Positions 37,005-49,905 of a DNA stretch of 64,000 bases are shown here, in pieces. The DNA is from Macrostomum lignano (taxonomy: Eukaryota). The stretch lies in assembly GCA_002269645.1 (NCBI GenBank), contig NIVC01001260.1, forward strand, positions 39,487 to 103,486, given 5' to 3'. The translations under genes and the position numbers were made by a program. Position 1 is the first letter of the stretch. Each line of letters opens with the position of its first letter. The notes below the pieces were generated by a model. It made no database searches. It was not told the DNA's origin and worked only from the letters and a program-made list of their open reading frames with translations.

Positions 37005-37673
37005 GCTTTTTTGTCAGTGCCTGAGAATCGAGACTGATCGTCACCCAAGTAAGAAAAGCTCGCAGGGTCCCAGCAATCGATTTACATTTTCATTTAGCCT
37101 TGTTCTCTATGTTTAACTTTAGTCTATGGCCTTCGTATTGGTGTGTCTGCTCAGGTACGCTCGCGCTGAGAAGTTTAGACTCGGTGATGACATATGTTAT
37201 TAAATCTCGTTATTAAATAAAATTACTGCCACACAAGCAATAAGATTAATTTTCACTTTGTAAGTTAGCTCTTGAAAAATAATTGTAGCAAATCAATCAA
37301 TATCGGAATTTTTAAATAAAATTTTTATTAAAATTGACAACCTACAAAAGTATGTCTGACCTTGAATTCTCGAATTAAGGTTTCTAAACTTTCATTGAAC
37401 CTTTCTGGAATATTAGAATTCACGATCTTGAATATGATAGTTTAAACCTCATCTGGATATGCTAACTATTGATGGAAACGCGACAAAAACAATATGATTT
37501 ATGAGAATAATCAAATCGCACACAGTATTGACTAGGGGGGAAGGCAGTTTCTGATGCAAAATCAAGGCGAACATGTCCGTGGTTTTGAGCAAAAAAGGAT
37601 TTTAAGGTTTTCGCTAATGCCGTCATGCAGATGGTAAACTCCCTAACAACAAGGCTTCAAAGGACCAGCTTCA

Positions 37674-40194
37674 TCAAGCTCCATCCTTAGCCGAGTCTGT
37701 ATTAAAAAAGTTAACAACATCGTCGTACAGCACTTTGGCAGCGTTGTATCCCCACACGAAGTCCAGGTGGTTGTAGTCGGACACGTTCCTGTCTCGCGCC
37801 AGAGTGTGCTTAATCTGCGGCAGCAGCAGGCTGAAGTCTGTGGGATCCGCCAGCCAGTCCTTCTCGCCATGGTACACCGCCAGAGGCACCCGGATGTTGT
37901 ACAGATTGTACTGAGGCGGCGTGGGCTGGCCGTACCGGCGCATATTCTCAGTCTTGCCGTAGTCGTACTTCTGAAATCGCTTGTGCTGCACAGCCTGCGC
38001 GTAGTGCACCAGATTCATGGCCGAGGTGCCAGCCGGCGTGTGGCTGATGTACACGGGCAGGCGGGTCATGTTGGTGTAGCGACAGTCAAATCCGCACAGC
38101 AGGAAAATCACATTGCTGCACAGAGGCGACAGAGCATCGCCGCACACGGCTAAGGAGAGGAACTTCAGTAGGCGGGTGGTTGGCAGAAATTCTCCGTGAC
38201 CGAAGAAGTCGATGGCATCGGCGAGGCTGGTGGCCAGAGGAGCGATCAGCCGGATGGGGCTCTCGATGTAGCCGACGGTGGCAACTGGGGCGAGCAGAGC
38301 GGCCGCTCTCACCAGCGAGTTGAGGGTGCGGTTCTGACTCCAGGCTGAGGGCGGGACAGTTTTTGAGTTTGACTGTGTGAAGATGGTGGGAGAAGACTGT
38401 GTGAAAATGGTGGGAGAAGACTGTGTGAAGATGGTTGAAGAGGACTGTGTGAAGATGTTTGAAGAAGACTGTGTGACGATGCATGGTTTGTAGAAGGCTA
38501 TGTGAAGATGGTTGAAGAGGACTGTGTGAAGATGGTTGAAGAGGACTGTGTGAAGATGGTTGAAGAGGACTGTGTGAAGATGGTTGAAGAGGACTGTGTG
38601 AAGATGGTTGAAGAGGACTGTGTGAAGATGGTTGAAGAGGACTGTGTGAAGATGGCTTGAAGAAGACTGTGTGAAGATGGTTGAAGAGGACTGTGTGAAG
38701 ATGGTTGAAGAGGACTGTGTGAAGATGGTTGAAGAGGACTGTGTGAAGATGGTTGAAGAGGACTGTGTGAAGATGGCTTGAAGAAGACTGTGTGAAGATG
38801 GTTGAAGAGGACTGTGTGAAGATGGCTTGAAGAAGACTGTGTGAAGATGGTTGAAGAGGACTGTGTGAAGATGGTTGAAGAGGACTGTGTGAAGATGGCT
38901 TGAAGAAGACTGTGTGAAGATGGTGGAGAAGACTGTGTGAAGATGGTGGGAGAAGACTGTGTGAAGATGGTGGGAGAAGACTGTGTGAAGATGGTTGAAG
39001 AGGACTGTGTGAAGATGGCTTGAAGAAGACTATGTGAAGATGGTGGGAGAATACTGTGTGAAAATGGTGGCAGAAGACTGTGTGAAGATGGTTGAAGAGG
39101 ACTGTGTGAAGATGGCTTGAAGAAGACTATGTGAAGATGGTGGGAGAATACTGTGTGAAAATGGTGGCAGAAGACTGTGTGAAGATGGTTGAAGAGAACT
39201 GTGTGAAGATGGCTTGAAGAAGACTGTGTGAAGATGGTGGGAGAAGACTGTGTGAAGATGGTTGAAGAGGACTGTGTGAATATGGTACAGATTCGTCCCG
39301 GTGATTTCTTACCTGCCAGAGCAATCTCTGTTCCCTGAGAATGGCCAACATAATAAACCTGTTTAGCTCCAGTCTCCCCAATAACCGCATCAATCATTGC
39401 TGGCAGATCGAACTCCGCCATCTGGTCCCAGGAGAACTTCCAGAACTCCAGCTGGTGTGGACTTAAGCGCACGTGCGCCTTGCTGTAGGTGTTGCCGCGC
39501 ACGTTGCCAAGCCAGACGTCGTAGCCGGCCTCGCTGAGTCTGTAGGCCAGCGATTGGTTGGCCAGGTTGGACACCCAGGTGAAGCCGCTGTCCAGCAGGC
39601 CGTGCACCAGCAGAACCGGAGTTGGATGCCGTTGAATGGCTGGCATGATTCGTTGAACTCCCAGAATGTAACCGTCAGCTGTTGTGACATTGTAGCTTTT
39701 CACTTTGAAGCCTTTGTCGCTGATTACCTGCATGGCAAACACATTGGTAGTCAATCAGTAGTGTGTCCATCATCATGGTCAGACACAATCAGTAGTGTGT
39801 CCATCATCATGGTCAGACACAATCAGTAGTGTGTCCATCATCACGGTCAGACACAATCAGTAGTGTGTCCATCATCACGGTCAGACACAATCAGTAGTGT
39901 GTCCATCATCACGGTCAGACACAATCAGTAGTGTGTCCACCATCATGCACAGACACACTCAGTAGTCCATCAAGCCGGATCACGCACCTGTTCAATAGTC
40001 TGGAACACCTCCGGATCGATGTGCTTCGGCGGCGGCCATTCGTCACCGCAGCCGCCAGGAAACCTGGCCGCTGTCGCGTAGAAACCTGGCGGCACCAGAC
40101 TGCCCACCATGGTGGTGACGGACAGAGACAGCAGATAGAGACACAGAATCGCTCCCATGGCTGCTAGGACCAGTGCAATCTGCAAGCGGCCCAT
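37674..40194 (-). CDS. Acid lipase (LIPA/gastric lipase family; exons 40194-39988, 39727-39313, 38344-37674; ~430 aa; alternative upstream ATG at 40263)
   Basis: VTTADGYIL, LVHGLLDS, WLGNVRGNTYS, catalytic GHSQG, GEKDWLAD, YNHLDF; splice phases consistent. Confidence 0.93.
38355..39285. repeat. 24/25-bp minisatellite (GACTGTGTGAAGATGGTTGAAGAG)n filling lipase intron 2
   Basis: Direct. Confidence 0.96.
39750..39965. repeat. 34-bp repeat (TCAGTAGTGTGTCCATCATCATGGTCAGACACAA)n in lipase intron 1
   Basis: About 6 copies. Confidence 0.92.
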
Positions 40195-40364
40195 GCCGCT
40201 CCTGTGCGCTGATATGTAGAGCCTGTTTCTTGCCCGGCGCAGTCTGCGCCAAGCGCAGTGCATTGAAGCAGCTCGATTGGTCAGAGATCGGGACTGCTTA
40301 TGGATAGCCAGCCGCCAGGGGGCCTGCAGAAGGAGTTGAGGGCTGTTGTGTAGCAAGCGATATT

Positions 40365-42709
40365 CTAAACAGATACTGCATGAGTTGCTTGCCTGGCAAT
40401 GCGAACCGCGTCTTTATCAGTCACCTTTGGACTGTCGGCCCAACCCCCGGTGCTAAAAATGTTCTGTCCAAAGCAAGTTTGTGACTTTTCTTCTCCAAAA
40501 AGCGACTGTTTACTGGATTTAAACTGTATCAAGTTGACATGCGCATATGACTCTGCAACAGGCAGCTTGGGTATTTGACTAAAATATTTATCTGGGTATC
40601 TGCTTTGTGTGAATTCTGCTTCGCGCATGTTTCTAGCTTCAGATAGGGAGCCAACTAAATAGCTGCACAAATGGATGGCAGATGCACGGTTAGAACCCAG
40701 CTGTCAGCGAGAGGATGTTATAGATTGGTTTCCATGTTGCTAAAGCCCCTGGTGCTAAAGCAACTGTTGCTAAAGCCCCTGGTGTTAAAGCCCCTGGTGC
40801 TAAAGCCCCTGGTGCTAAAGCCCCTGGTGCTAAAGTCCCTGGTGTTAAAGCCCTGGTTCTAAAGCCCCTGGTGCTAAAGCCCTGGTGCTAAAGCCCCTGG
40901 TGCTAAAGCCCCTGCTGCTAAAGCCCCTGGTGCTAAAGCCCCTGGTGCTAAAGCCCCTGGTGCTAAAGCCCCTGGTGCTAAAGCCCCTGGTGCTAAAGCC
41001 CCTGGTGCTAAAGCCCCTGGTGCTAAAGCCCCTGGTGCTAAAGCCCCTGGTGCTAAAGCCCCTGGTGCTAAAGCCCCTGGTGCTAAAGCCCCTGGTGCTA
41101 AAGCCCCTGGTGCTAAAGCCCCTGGTGCTAAAGCCCCTGGTGCTAAAGCCCCTGGTGCTAAAGCCCCTGGTGCTAAAGCCCCTGGTGCTAAAGCCCCTGG
41201 TGCTAAAGCCCCTGGTGCTAAAGCCCCTGGTGCTAAAGCCCCTGGTGCTAAAGCCCCTGGTGCTAAAGCCCCTGGTGCTAAAGCCCCTTGGTGCTAAAGC
41301 CCCTGGTGCTAAAGCCCCTGCTGCTAAAGCCCCTTGGTGCTAAAGCCCCTGGTGCTTAAGTCCCTGGTGCTAAAGCAACTGTTGCTAAAGCCCCTGGTGT
41401 TAAAGCCCCTGGTGCTAAAGTCCCTGGTGTTAAAGCCCTGGTTCTAAAGCCCCTGGTGCTAAAGCCCTGGTGCTAAAGCCCTGGTGCTAAAGCCCCTGGT
41501 GCTAAAGCCCCTGGTGCTAAAGCCCCTGGTGCTAAAGCCCCTGGTGCTAAAGCCCCTGGTGCTAAAGCCCCTGGTGCTAAAGCCCCTGGTGCTAAAGCCC
41601 CTGGTGCTAAAGCCCCTGGTGCTAAAGCCCCTGGTGCTAAAGCCCCTGGTGCTAAAGCCCCTGGTGCTAAAGCCCCTGGTGCTAAAGCCCCTGGTGCTAA
41701 AGCCCCTGGTGCTAAAGCCCCTGGTGCTAAAGCCCCTGGTGCTAAAGCCCCTGGTGCTAAAGCCCCTGGTGCTAAAGCCCCTGGTGCTAAAGCAACTGTT
41801 GCTAAAGCCCCTGGTGTTAAAGCCCCTGGTGCTAAAGTCCCTGGTGTTAAAGCCCTGGTTCTAAAGCCCCTGGTGCTAAAGCCCTGGTGCTAAAGCCCCT
41901 GGTTCTAAAGCCCCTGGTGCTAAAGCCCCTGCTGCTAAAGCCCCTGGTGCTAAAGCCCCTGGTGCTAAAGCCCCTGGTGCTAAAGCCCCTGGTGCTAAAG
42001 CCCCTGGTGCTAAAGCCCCTGGTGCTAAAGCCCCTTGGTGCTAAAGCCCCTTGGTGCTAAAGCCCCTTGGTGCTAAAGCCCCTGGTGCTAAAGCCCCTGG
42101 TGATAAAGCCCCTTGGTGCTAAAGCCCCTGGTGCTAAAGTCCCTGGTGTTAAAGCCCTGGTTCTAAAGCCCCTGGTGCTAAAGTCCCTGGTGTTAAAGCC
42201 CTGGTTCTAAAGCCCCTGGTGCTAAAGCCCCTGGTGCTAAAGCCCCTGCTGCTAAAGCCCCTGGTGCTAAAGCCCCTGCTGCTAAAGCCCCTGGTGCTAA
42301 AGCCCCTGGTGCTAAAGCCCCTGGTGCTAAAGCCCCTGGTGCTAAAGCCCCTGGTGCTAAAGCCCCTGGTGCTAAAGCCCCTGGTGCTAAAGCCCCTGCT
42401 GCTAAAGCCCCTGGTGCTAAAGCCCCTGGTGCTAAAGCCCCTGCTGCTAAAGCCCCTGGTGCTAAAGCCCCTGGTGCTAAAGCAACTGGTGCTGGAGCTC
42501 CATTTGCAATTTGAAATTCCAGAAGGTGAAATACTAGGAATTTTATTGCTAAAAAAACTAAAAGCTTCTAACATTCATATAATGGGCTTCAATACCCTAT
42601 TGCACTACAAGAATTTAGACTTAAAAAATGACTCACAATTTCCATGGAGGCGTCATCGTCAAAGAAATATTTCCCCAAAGCAGTCCTTTTTATAATTCGC
42701 AACGTGTCT
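40365..42709 (-). CDS. Candidate exons of an unidentified gene (42709-42637 DTLRIIKRTALGKYFFDDDASMEI; 40662-40365 YLVGSLSEARNMREAEF...HAVSV*)
   Basis: Open frames bounded by AG and GTGAGT/TAG. The connecting exon and its donor are uncertain; no family recognised. Confidence 0.3.
40736..42490. repeat. 15-bp minisatellite (AAGCCCCTGGTGCTA)n, ~1.75 kb
   Basis: Direct; explains the LKPLV ORFs. Confidence 0.98.
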
Positions 42710-43515
42710 CTAGGAATTTAAGAGCTTTTGACAAAGGAGGCTTACAGCTCTACTGGCCAAACCAACAAGTTTTAAGAGTATGGCTGACTCAACAAAAAGC
42801 AGGAGAGAGGCAGGTGAAGCACTCTAGCTACTGAGAACAACTGTGAGACTCAAACTGGACAGGCTACAGTGGGGGACAGAGTTGGAATGCCCCAAGGTAC
42901 AGAGCGTACAGTCTATTGGGTTGGGCGTGAGTGCAGTTTCAAGCTGCCATGACAACGACAATGTGCGAGGAGCTTTTTGGGGGAGGGTGGGGAGAGACTA
43001 GAGGGGGTGAGAGATGAAGCATTGTATTAAAGAAAGAGAGTACATCTGAGAGGTACAGAATGTAGCTACATATGTTAATATACTAATGATGTCTTTTAGG
43101 AAGCTGTTGAAATAAGCAACATACTACTTTAAGCGTCGTTAATAGTAGTAATAATAATAGTTTAGTACAAACTACAAGCTACTAGAATAACTATGATAGC
43201 TGCTAGCAAAAATGCGCTCATCTATTCTTTTTCAGTAGCTAAGTTAGTGTTTTTGCCTATAATAATAGTAAAATAATTGTCACCTTTAATTTTTACAAGA
43301 TATTTAAAGTTTTAGTAAGACCCATAAAAATAGCATCTTCATACTGTTTTACTGACTACAGACGAACTCAAAACAAAAATGAGTTAAAAAACTGTATAGT
43401 GTAGCGCTCGTAAAACTTGAAAAAAAAAACAATTTCAGGGTGCGTGTGTGCATAGGAGTGTGCAAGAGGGATAATAGTTGGCGCATCAGCCTCTTGGCTT
43501 CCTCTTGCCCGCTTG

Positions 43516-43652
43516 TGACTTTGATCTCTCTCCTTACTGGTCTCTCATTGGCTGAGCCAGATTGGGCCTGCCCCTAGGACTAGGCCGTCTGACTTTGATC
43601 TCTCTCCTTACTGGTCTCTCATTGGCTGAGCCAGATTGGGCCTGCCCCCTAG
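43516..43652. promoter_or_regulatory. ~62-bp direct duplication carrying four reverse CCAAT boxes upstream of the 44079 gene
   Basis: TGACTTTGATCTCTCTCCTTACTGGTCTCTCATTGGCTGAGCCAGATTGGGCCTGCCCCTAGG at 43516 and 43590. Confidence 0.5.
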
Positions 43653-44078
43653 GCTGATTTTCGTTCGTCTTGCGTTCACGTGTGTACACCGAGTTAATGC
43701 TTGTAATGCTCAACCCCACAGAAAGGAAGGGGATTTTAGCTACCACATTAAATTATTATGATCCTGTACAGATTAACTACTGAGATAATAGTAGAAGCTC
43801 TAATTTTTCACAAAATTTAAAAAGTTTGTGGACTAATAGTTAGTGGCACATATATCATTTATGCCTTTGAATACGACGCGGTATTTAAGAAGTGGTCCTT
43901 GTAAATTAATTTGTCATTTTTTATTTTATCTGTCTATGGCTCAAACCGGCATTAGTCAGTCTCCTGATTGAAAGCACCCGAGTGCTTTCCATTAATTATT
44001 CATTATAATATGTCCCTTCGTATTATAAATAGTTTCAGTTTGACACGGCAATGTAAAAAGGCCTCGGCCTCAAGTACT

Positions 44079-47000
44079 ATGCCACGGAAGAGGCCGCTGC
44101 ACTGCACTGCGAGGCGGAGCAAAGGCCTCAAGTTTGGCCGACAGCGACATCAGTTGGAAATCCAGCAGCACCTGGCCTGCCCAGCAGCCTCCCTTATCAA
44201 TACCAACGCTGCTTCCGTTGTCTCTGCGGAATCTTCGGACGCACCTGAACGCTTTGTGCACACGGAGTTCGAATCCTTAGGCGGCCTGTTGCTGCAACAC
44301 AATTTCGGTCAAAACGATGAGTATGATGACGAGGAAGATTATTATAGTGGCTCTTGTACATCCGAAACAGTTGAAGAAATGTGCGTTCCGACAGTGGGGG
44401 CACCGGTGAAGGACGTCAACCAGCCTGCAGCAGCTGGATCTGCACCAGCACCGGTGAAGGACGTCAACCAGCCTGCAGCAGCTGAGTCTGCACCAGCACC
44501 GGTGAAGGACGTCAACCAGCCTGCAGCAGCTGAGTCTGCACCAGCACCGGTGAAGGACGTCAACCAGCCTGCAGCAGCTGGGTCTGCACCAGCACCGGTG
44601 AAGGACGTCAACCAGCCTGCAGCAGCTGGGTCTGCACCAGCACCGGTGAAGGACGTCAACCAGCCTGCAGCAGCTGGGTCTGCACCAGCATCGGTGATGA
44701 AGGACGTCAACCAGCCTGCAGCTGAGCTTGCAGCACCAGTAAAATACTTCCAATCTTTCACAGGAGACAAAGCCGATCGAGCAAAGCAGTTCCAAGATGT
44801 CTCCAAGTACTTGGACCACAGCAGCAAAATGGCATACGGATCGGCACGCAGCGTCATGCCTCAAACGGGCCACACGGAGAAGACCGACAACAAGCAGCTC
44901 GCTACGCTTGTTAAAACGGAGAACAGACAGTTGAGCATGGGACTTCCAGGCAAGGTAGAAGGCCAGCTGACTCAGCCAATACAAAAGTCCACGATCAAGA
45001 TTTCTTCAAAGCAGCTCCCGCGACCGAAATTCGATCAGAAAGTTCCAGTTAAAATCGCTAAAAAATTGTCATCATTGAAACTGGCTCCACTGCAAGAGAC
45101 AGCGAAGCCGCAGTCGGAACAAAAATCGCTCAAAAGTGTTCGGAAACTTTATTCAACCAAATCGGCCTCAGGTGAAGGCGAACCGCAGCACGGTAAGTCT
45201 GCAGCCCGAGTTCGAATCCAGGAAACGGCGGACTCGACTGTCGAATCAGGCGAGAACTCGCTGTTGGAGTTCTGGAATCCGCCAGACGGCAGCACCACAG
45301 TCGGCAATGACGATCTGACAACGGCATCTGACGGCCGGAGCAGCGGCGTGAGCGCCCTGCTCAAGAGCCGCTATCTCGCTCTGGGCACGACCAAGTACCA
45401 GAGGCTGCGGAAACTTCGCCGTTCAAGAAGTTAGTGCGGATATTAATCTGGCCATTCCAATCCCAATTAAAGAACCACAATTAAGTACAGAATGCACTCC
45501 CAATCTGGCTTTTGGCTTTTTATAGTAGTTATCTACACTGGCGTTCTCGTTAAGAATATATGAGTATCTACTCTGTCTCATTCAGATTCTCATAAGAGTA
45601 TCTACTCTGTCTCATTGAGATTCTCATATGAGTATCTACTCTGTCTCATTCAGATTCTCATAAGAGTATCTACTCTGTCTCATTGAGATTCTCATATGAG
45701 TATCTACTCTGTCTCATTGAGATTCTCATATGAGTATCTACTTTGTCTCATTGAGATTCTCATAAAGTCTCTACTCTGTCTCATTGAGATTCTCATATGA
45801 GTATCTACTCTGTCTCATTGAGATTCTCATATGAGTATCTACTCTGTCTCATTGAGATTCTCATATGAGTATCTACTCTGTCTCATTGAGATTCTCATAT
45901 GAGTATCTACTCTGTCTCATTGAGATTCTCATATGAGTATCTACTCTGTCTCATTCAGATTCTCATATGAGTATCTACTCTGTCTCATTCAGATTCTCAT
46001 AAGAGTATCTACTCTGTCTCATTGAGATTCTCATATGAGTATCTACTCCGTCTCATTCAGATTCTCATAAGAGTATCTACTCTGTCTCATTGAGATTCTC
46101 ATATGAGTATCTACTCTGTCTCATTGAGATTCTCATATGAGTATCTACACTGTCTCATTGAGATTCTCATAAAGTCTCTACTCTGTCTCATTGAGATTCT
46201 CATAAGAGTATCTACCCTGTCTCATTGAGATTTTCATAAGAGTATCTAAACTGTCTCATTGAGATCCTCATATGAGTATCTACTCTGTCTCATTGAGATT
46301 CTCATATGAGTATCTACCCTGTCTCATTCAGATTCTCATAAGAGTATCTACCCTGTCTCATTCAGATTCTCATATGAGTATCTACCCTGTCTCATTGAGA
46401 TTCTCATAAAGTCTCTACTCTGTCTCATTGAGATCTCATATGAGTATCTACTCTGTCTCATTCAGATTCTCATATGAGTATCTACACTGTCTCATTCAGA
46501 TTCTCATATGAGTATCTACCCTGTCTCATTCAGATTCTCATAAGAGTATCTACCCTGTCTCATTCAGATTCTCATATGAGTATCTACCCTGTCTCATTGA
46601 GATTCTCATAAAGTCTCTACTCTGTCTCATTGAGATCTCATATGAGTATCTACTCTGTCTCATTCAGATTCTCATATGAGTATCTACACTGTCTCATTGA
46701 GATTCTCATATGAGTATCTACCCTGTCTCATTCAGATTCTCATAAGAGTATCTACCCTGTCTCATTCAGATTCTCATATGAGTACCTACCCTGTCTCATT
46801 GAGATTCTCATAAAGTCTCTACTCTGTCTCATTGAGATCTCATATGAGTATCTACTCTGTCTCATTCAGATTCTCATATGAGTATCTACACTGTCTCATT
46901 GAGATTCTCATATGAGTATCTACCCTGTCTCATTCAGATTCTCATAAGAGTATCTACCCTGTCTCATTCAGATTCTCATAAAGTCTCTACTCTGTCTCAT

Positions 47001-49169
47001 TGAGATCTCATATGAGTATCTACTCTGTCTCATTCAGATTCTCATAAGAGTATCTACCCTGTCTCATTGAGATTTTCATAAGAGTATCTAAACTGTCTCA
47101 TTGAGATTCTCATATGAGAATCTACTCTGTCTAATTGAGATTCTCATATGAGTATCTACCCTGTCTCATTCAGATTCTCATAAGAGTATCTACCCTGTCT
47201 CATTCAGATTCTCATAAGAGTATCTACCCTGTCTCATTGAGATTCTCATAAGAGTATCTACCCTGTCTCATTGAGATTCTCATAAAGTCCCTACTCTGTC
47301 TCATTGAGATCCTCATATGAGTATCTACTCTGTCTCATTCAGATTCTCATAAAGTCTCTACACTGTCTCATTGAGATCCTCATATGAGTATCTACTCTGT
47401 CTCATTGAGATTCTCATTTCTCATAAGAGCATCTACTCTAACTCTGATCGCTCCGACCCGCAGACTTTGGAAACGAGCCCAAGGAGACGCAATCCTATCA
47501 GGTGTTCCTGGCGCTGACCTCACCCGAGGTCACGGAAATGTTTGCTTATCACGCGCCAACCATTGGCAAAATTGCGCGGTTCACCGGCTGTCGAATCCGC
47601 CTGATGCGGGCGGTTCTCAACCGCAAAACCAATGGGTCCGGCACCTGGGCGAGGTTCGCCCAGGTTGAAATCGAAGGCGCCCGTAGGGCCTCCGCTACGG
47701 TGAGGCGGAGAGTCTCAGCAGTGTTTTGATTGATATATATTGACTCTTTGTTTGACACATCTCTGACTCCTTGTCTGACACATCTCTGACTCTTTGTCTG
47801 ACACATCTCTGACTCCTTGTCTGACACATCTCTGACTCTTTGTCTGACACATCTCTGACTCCTTGTCTGACACATCTCTGACTCTTTGTCTGACACATCT
47901 CTGACTCTTTGTCTGACACATCTCTGACTCTTTGTCTGACACATCTCTGACTCTTTGTCTGACACATCTCTGACTCTTTGTCTGACACATCTCTGACTCT
48001 TTGTCTGACACATCTCTGACTCCTTGTCTGACACATCTCTGACTCTTTGTCTGACACATCTCTGACTCTTTGTCTGACACATCTCTGACTCTTTGTCTGA
48101 CACATCTCTGACTCCTTGTTTGACACATCTCTGACTCCTTGTTTGACACATCTCTGAATCTTTGTCTGACACATCTCTGACTCGTTATCTGACACATCAT
48201 TGACTCGTCTGACAAATCTCTGACTGTTTTACACATCCTATCTGTCAGGTATGTCCGTTGATCACTGTCAAGTATGTAAAGTATATCAGGTATGTCAGGT
48301 ATGTCAGGTATGTCAGGTATGTCAGTTATGTCAGGTATGTCAGGTATGTCAGGTATGTCAGTTATGTCAGGTATGTCAGGTATGTCAGTTATGTCAGGTA
48401 TACAGGTATGTCAGTTATGTCAGGTATGCCAGGTATGCCAAGTATGTAAAGTATATCAGGTATGTCAGGTATGTCAGGTATGTCAGGTATGTCAAGTATG
48501 TCAGGTATGCCAGGTATGCCAAGTATGTAAAGTATATCAGGTATGTCAAGTATGTCAGGTATGTCAAGTATGTAAAGTATATCAGGTATGTCAGGTATGT
48601 CAGGTATGTCAGGTATGTCAGGTATGTCAGGTATGTCAGTTATGTCAGGTATGCCAAGTATGTAAAGTATATCAGGTATGTCAAGTATGTCAGGTATGTC
48701 AAGTATGTCAGGTATGTCAGGTATGTCAGTTATGTCAGGTATGCCAGGTATGCCAAGTATGTAAAGTATATCAGGTATGTCAGGTATGTCAGGTATGTCA
48801 GGTATGTCAGGTATGTCAGGTATGTCAGGTATGTCAGGTATGTCAGGTATGTCAGGTATGTCAGGTATGTCAGCAAATCCAATCCCTCTCCCGCAGGTAT
48901 GCGATCGAATTCTTCGCGAGAAATTTCCCTGCTACGCCGATCGCAGAATAAAGCGACTGGACGATCGCCAATCGATTTCGACCACGCTGAGCTCCAGCTT
49001 AGCGGGCACAGCCGAGCCCCTGGCTTTTAGCAGGCAAAGGTCTGTCTCCGGCAGGCCCAGAACTGGCTCACTGCAGCGAGCAATGTCCCACCAGTTGGGT
49101 CCCACCGCGGTTTGTGCCACTGTCCAGGTGGCTGTGGCCGAGGCGGACCAGATCAACGGACAGACATAG
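44079..49169 (+). CDS. Orphan ~619-aa protein: disordered N-terminus with 16-aa repeats plus divergent KH-like domain (exons 44079-45429, 47464-47699, 48897-49169)
   Basis: Donors A|GTTAGT and ACG|GTGAGG, acceptors CCCGCAG (twice), phases 1 and 0 consistent. MFAYHAPTIGKIARFTGCRIRL...VEIEG fits the KH register by eye. Confidence 0.6.
45550..47430. repeat. 34-bp minisatellite (GAGTATCTACTCTGTCTCATTGAGATTCTCATAT)n filling intron 1 of the KH-like gene
   Basis: Period 34 (45799 to 45833); contains palindrome CTCATATGAG. Confidence 0.97.
47735..48215. repeat. 23-bp minisatellite (TCTGACTCTTTGTCTGACACATC)n
   Basis: Direct. Confidence 0.96.
48245..48872 (+). repeat. 9-bp minisatellite (GTATGTCAG)n just upstream of the acceptor at 48896
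   Basis: Direct, roughly 70 units with variants. Confidence 0.96.
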
Positions 49170-49309
49170 TTGCTAAGCAGCTTGAGTGGTATGGTGTCTC
49201 GGAGACAAATATATCGGCTATTGTTGCTTTGCTTTTTTACTTTTTGAGATTGATTTTCTCGGCCCGAAATCCTGTCTTGTAATTCTTACTGTTTTATTGC
49301 TGCATTGGT

Positions 49310-49471
49310 TGATGTGTTGATTGATTGATTGATTAATTATTGATTGGTTGGTAGATTCATTAATTGATTGGTTGATTGATGGGTTGATTTATTAATTGAT
49401 TTGTTGGTTGGTTGATTGATTGATTGATTAGTTGATTGATTGTTTGATTGATTGATTGATTGGTTGATTGG

Positions 49472-49514
<43 letters not shown>

Positions 49515-49520
49515 GTTGAC

Positions 49521-49558
<38 letters not shown>

Positions 49559-49559
49559 G

Positions 49560-49606
<47 letters not shown>

Positions 49607-49612
49607 GTTGAC

Positions 49613-49658
<46 letters not shown>

Positions 49659-49686
49659 ATTGATTAGTTGATTGATTGATTGATTG

Positions 49687-49730
<44 letters not shown>

Positions 49731-49736
49731 GTTGAC

Positions 49737-49774
<38 letters not shown>

Positions 49775-49775
49775 G

Positions 49776-49822
<47 letters not shown>

Positions 49823-49828
49823 GTTGAC

Positions 49829-49874
<46 letters not shown>

Positions 49875-49905
49875 ATTGATTAGTTGATTGATTGATTGAT
49901 TGGTT
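49310..49905. repeat. (GATT)n microsatellite
   Basis: Direct. Confidence 0.97.

Noticed and set aside
38498-39754. 418-aa lipase ORF with IFTQSSST repeats
   Set aside because: Only 39727-39313 is exonic; the repeat part follows a GTAAGA donor.
45190-45195. Strong GTAAGT donor inside the KH-like gene's first exon
   Set aside because: Also phase-compatible, but the frame stays open and coding-like for ~240 nt more to the GTTAGT donor; kept only as a possible alternative site.
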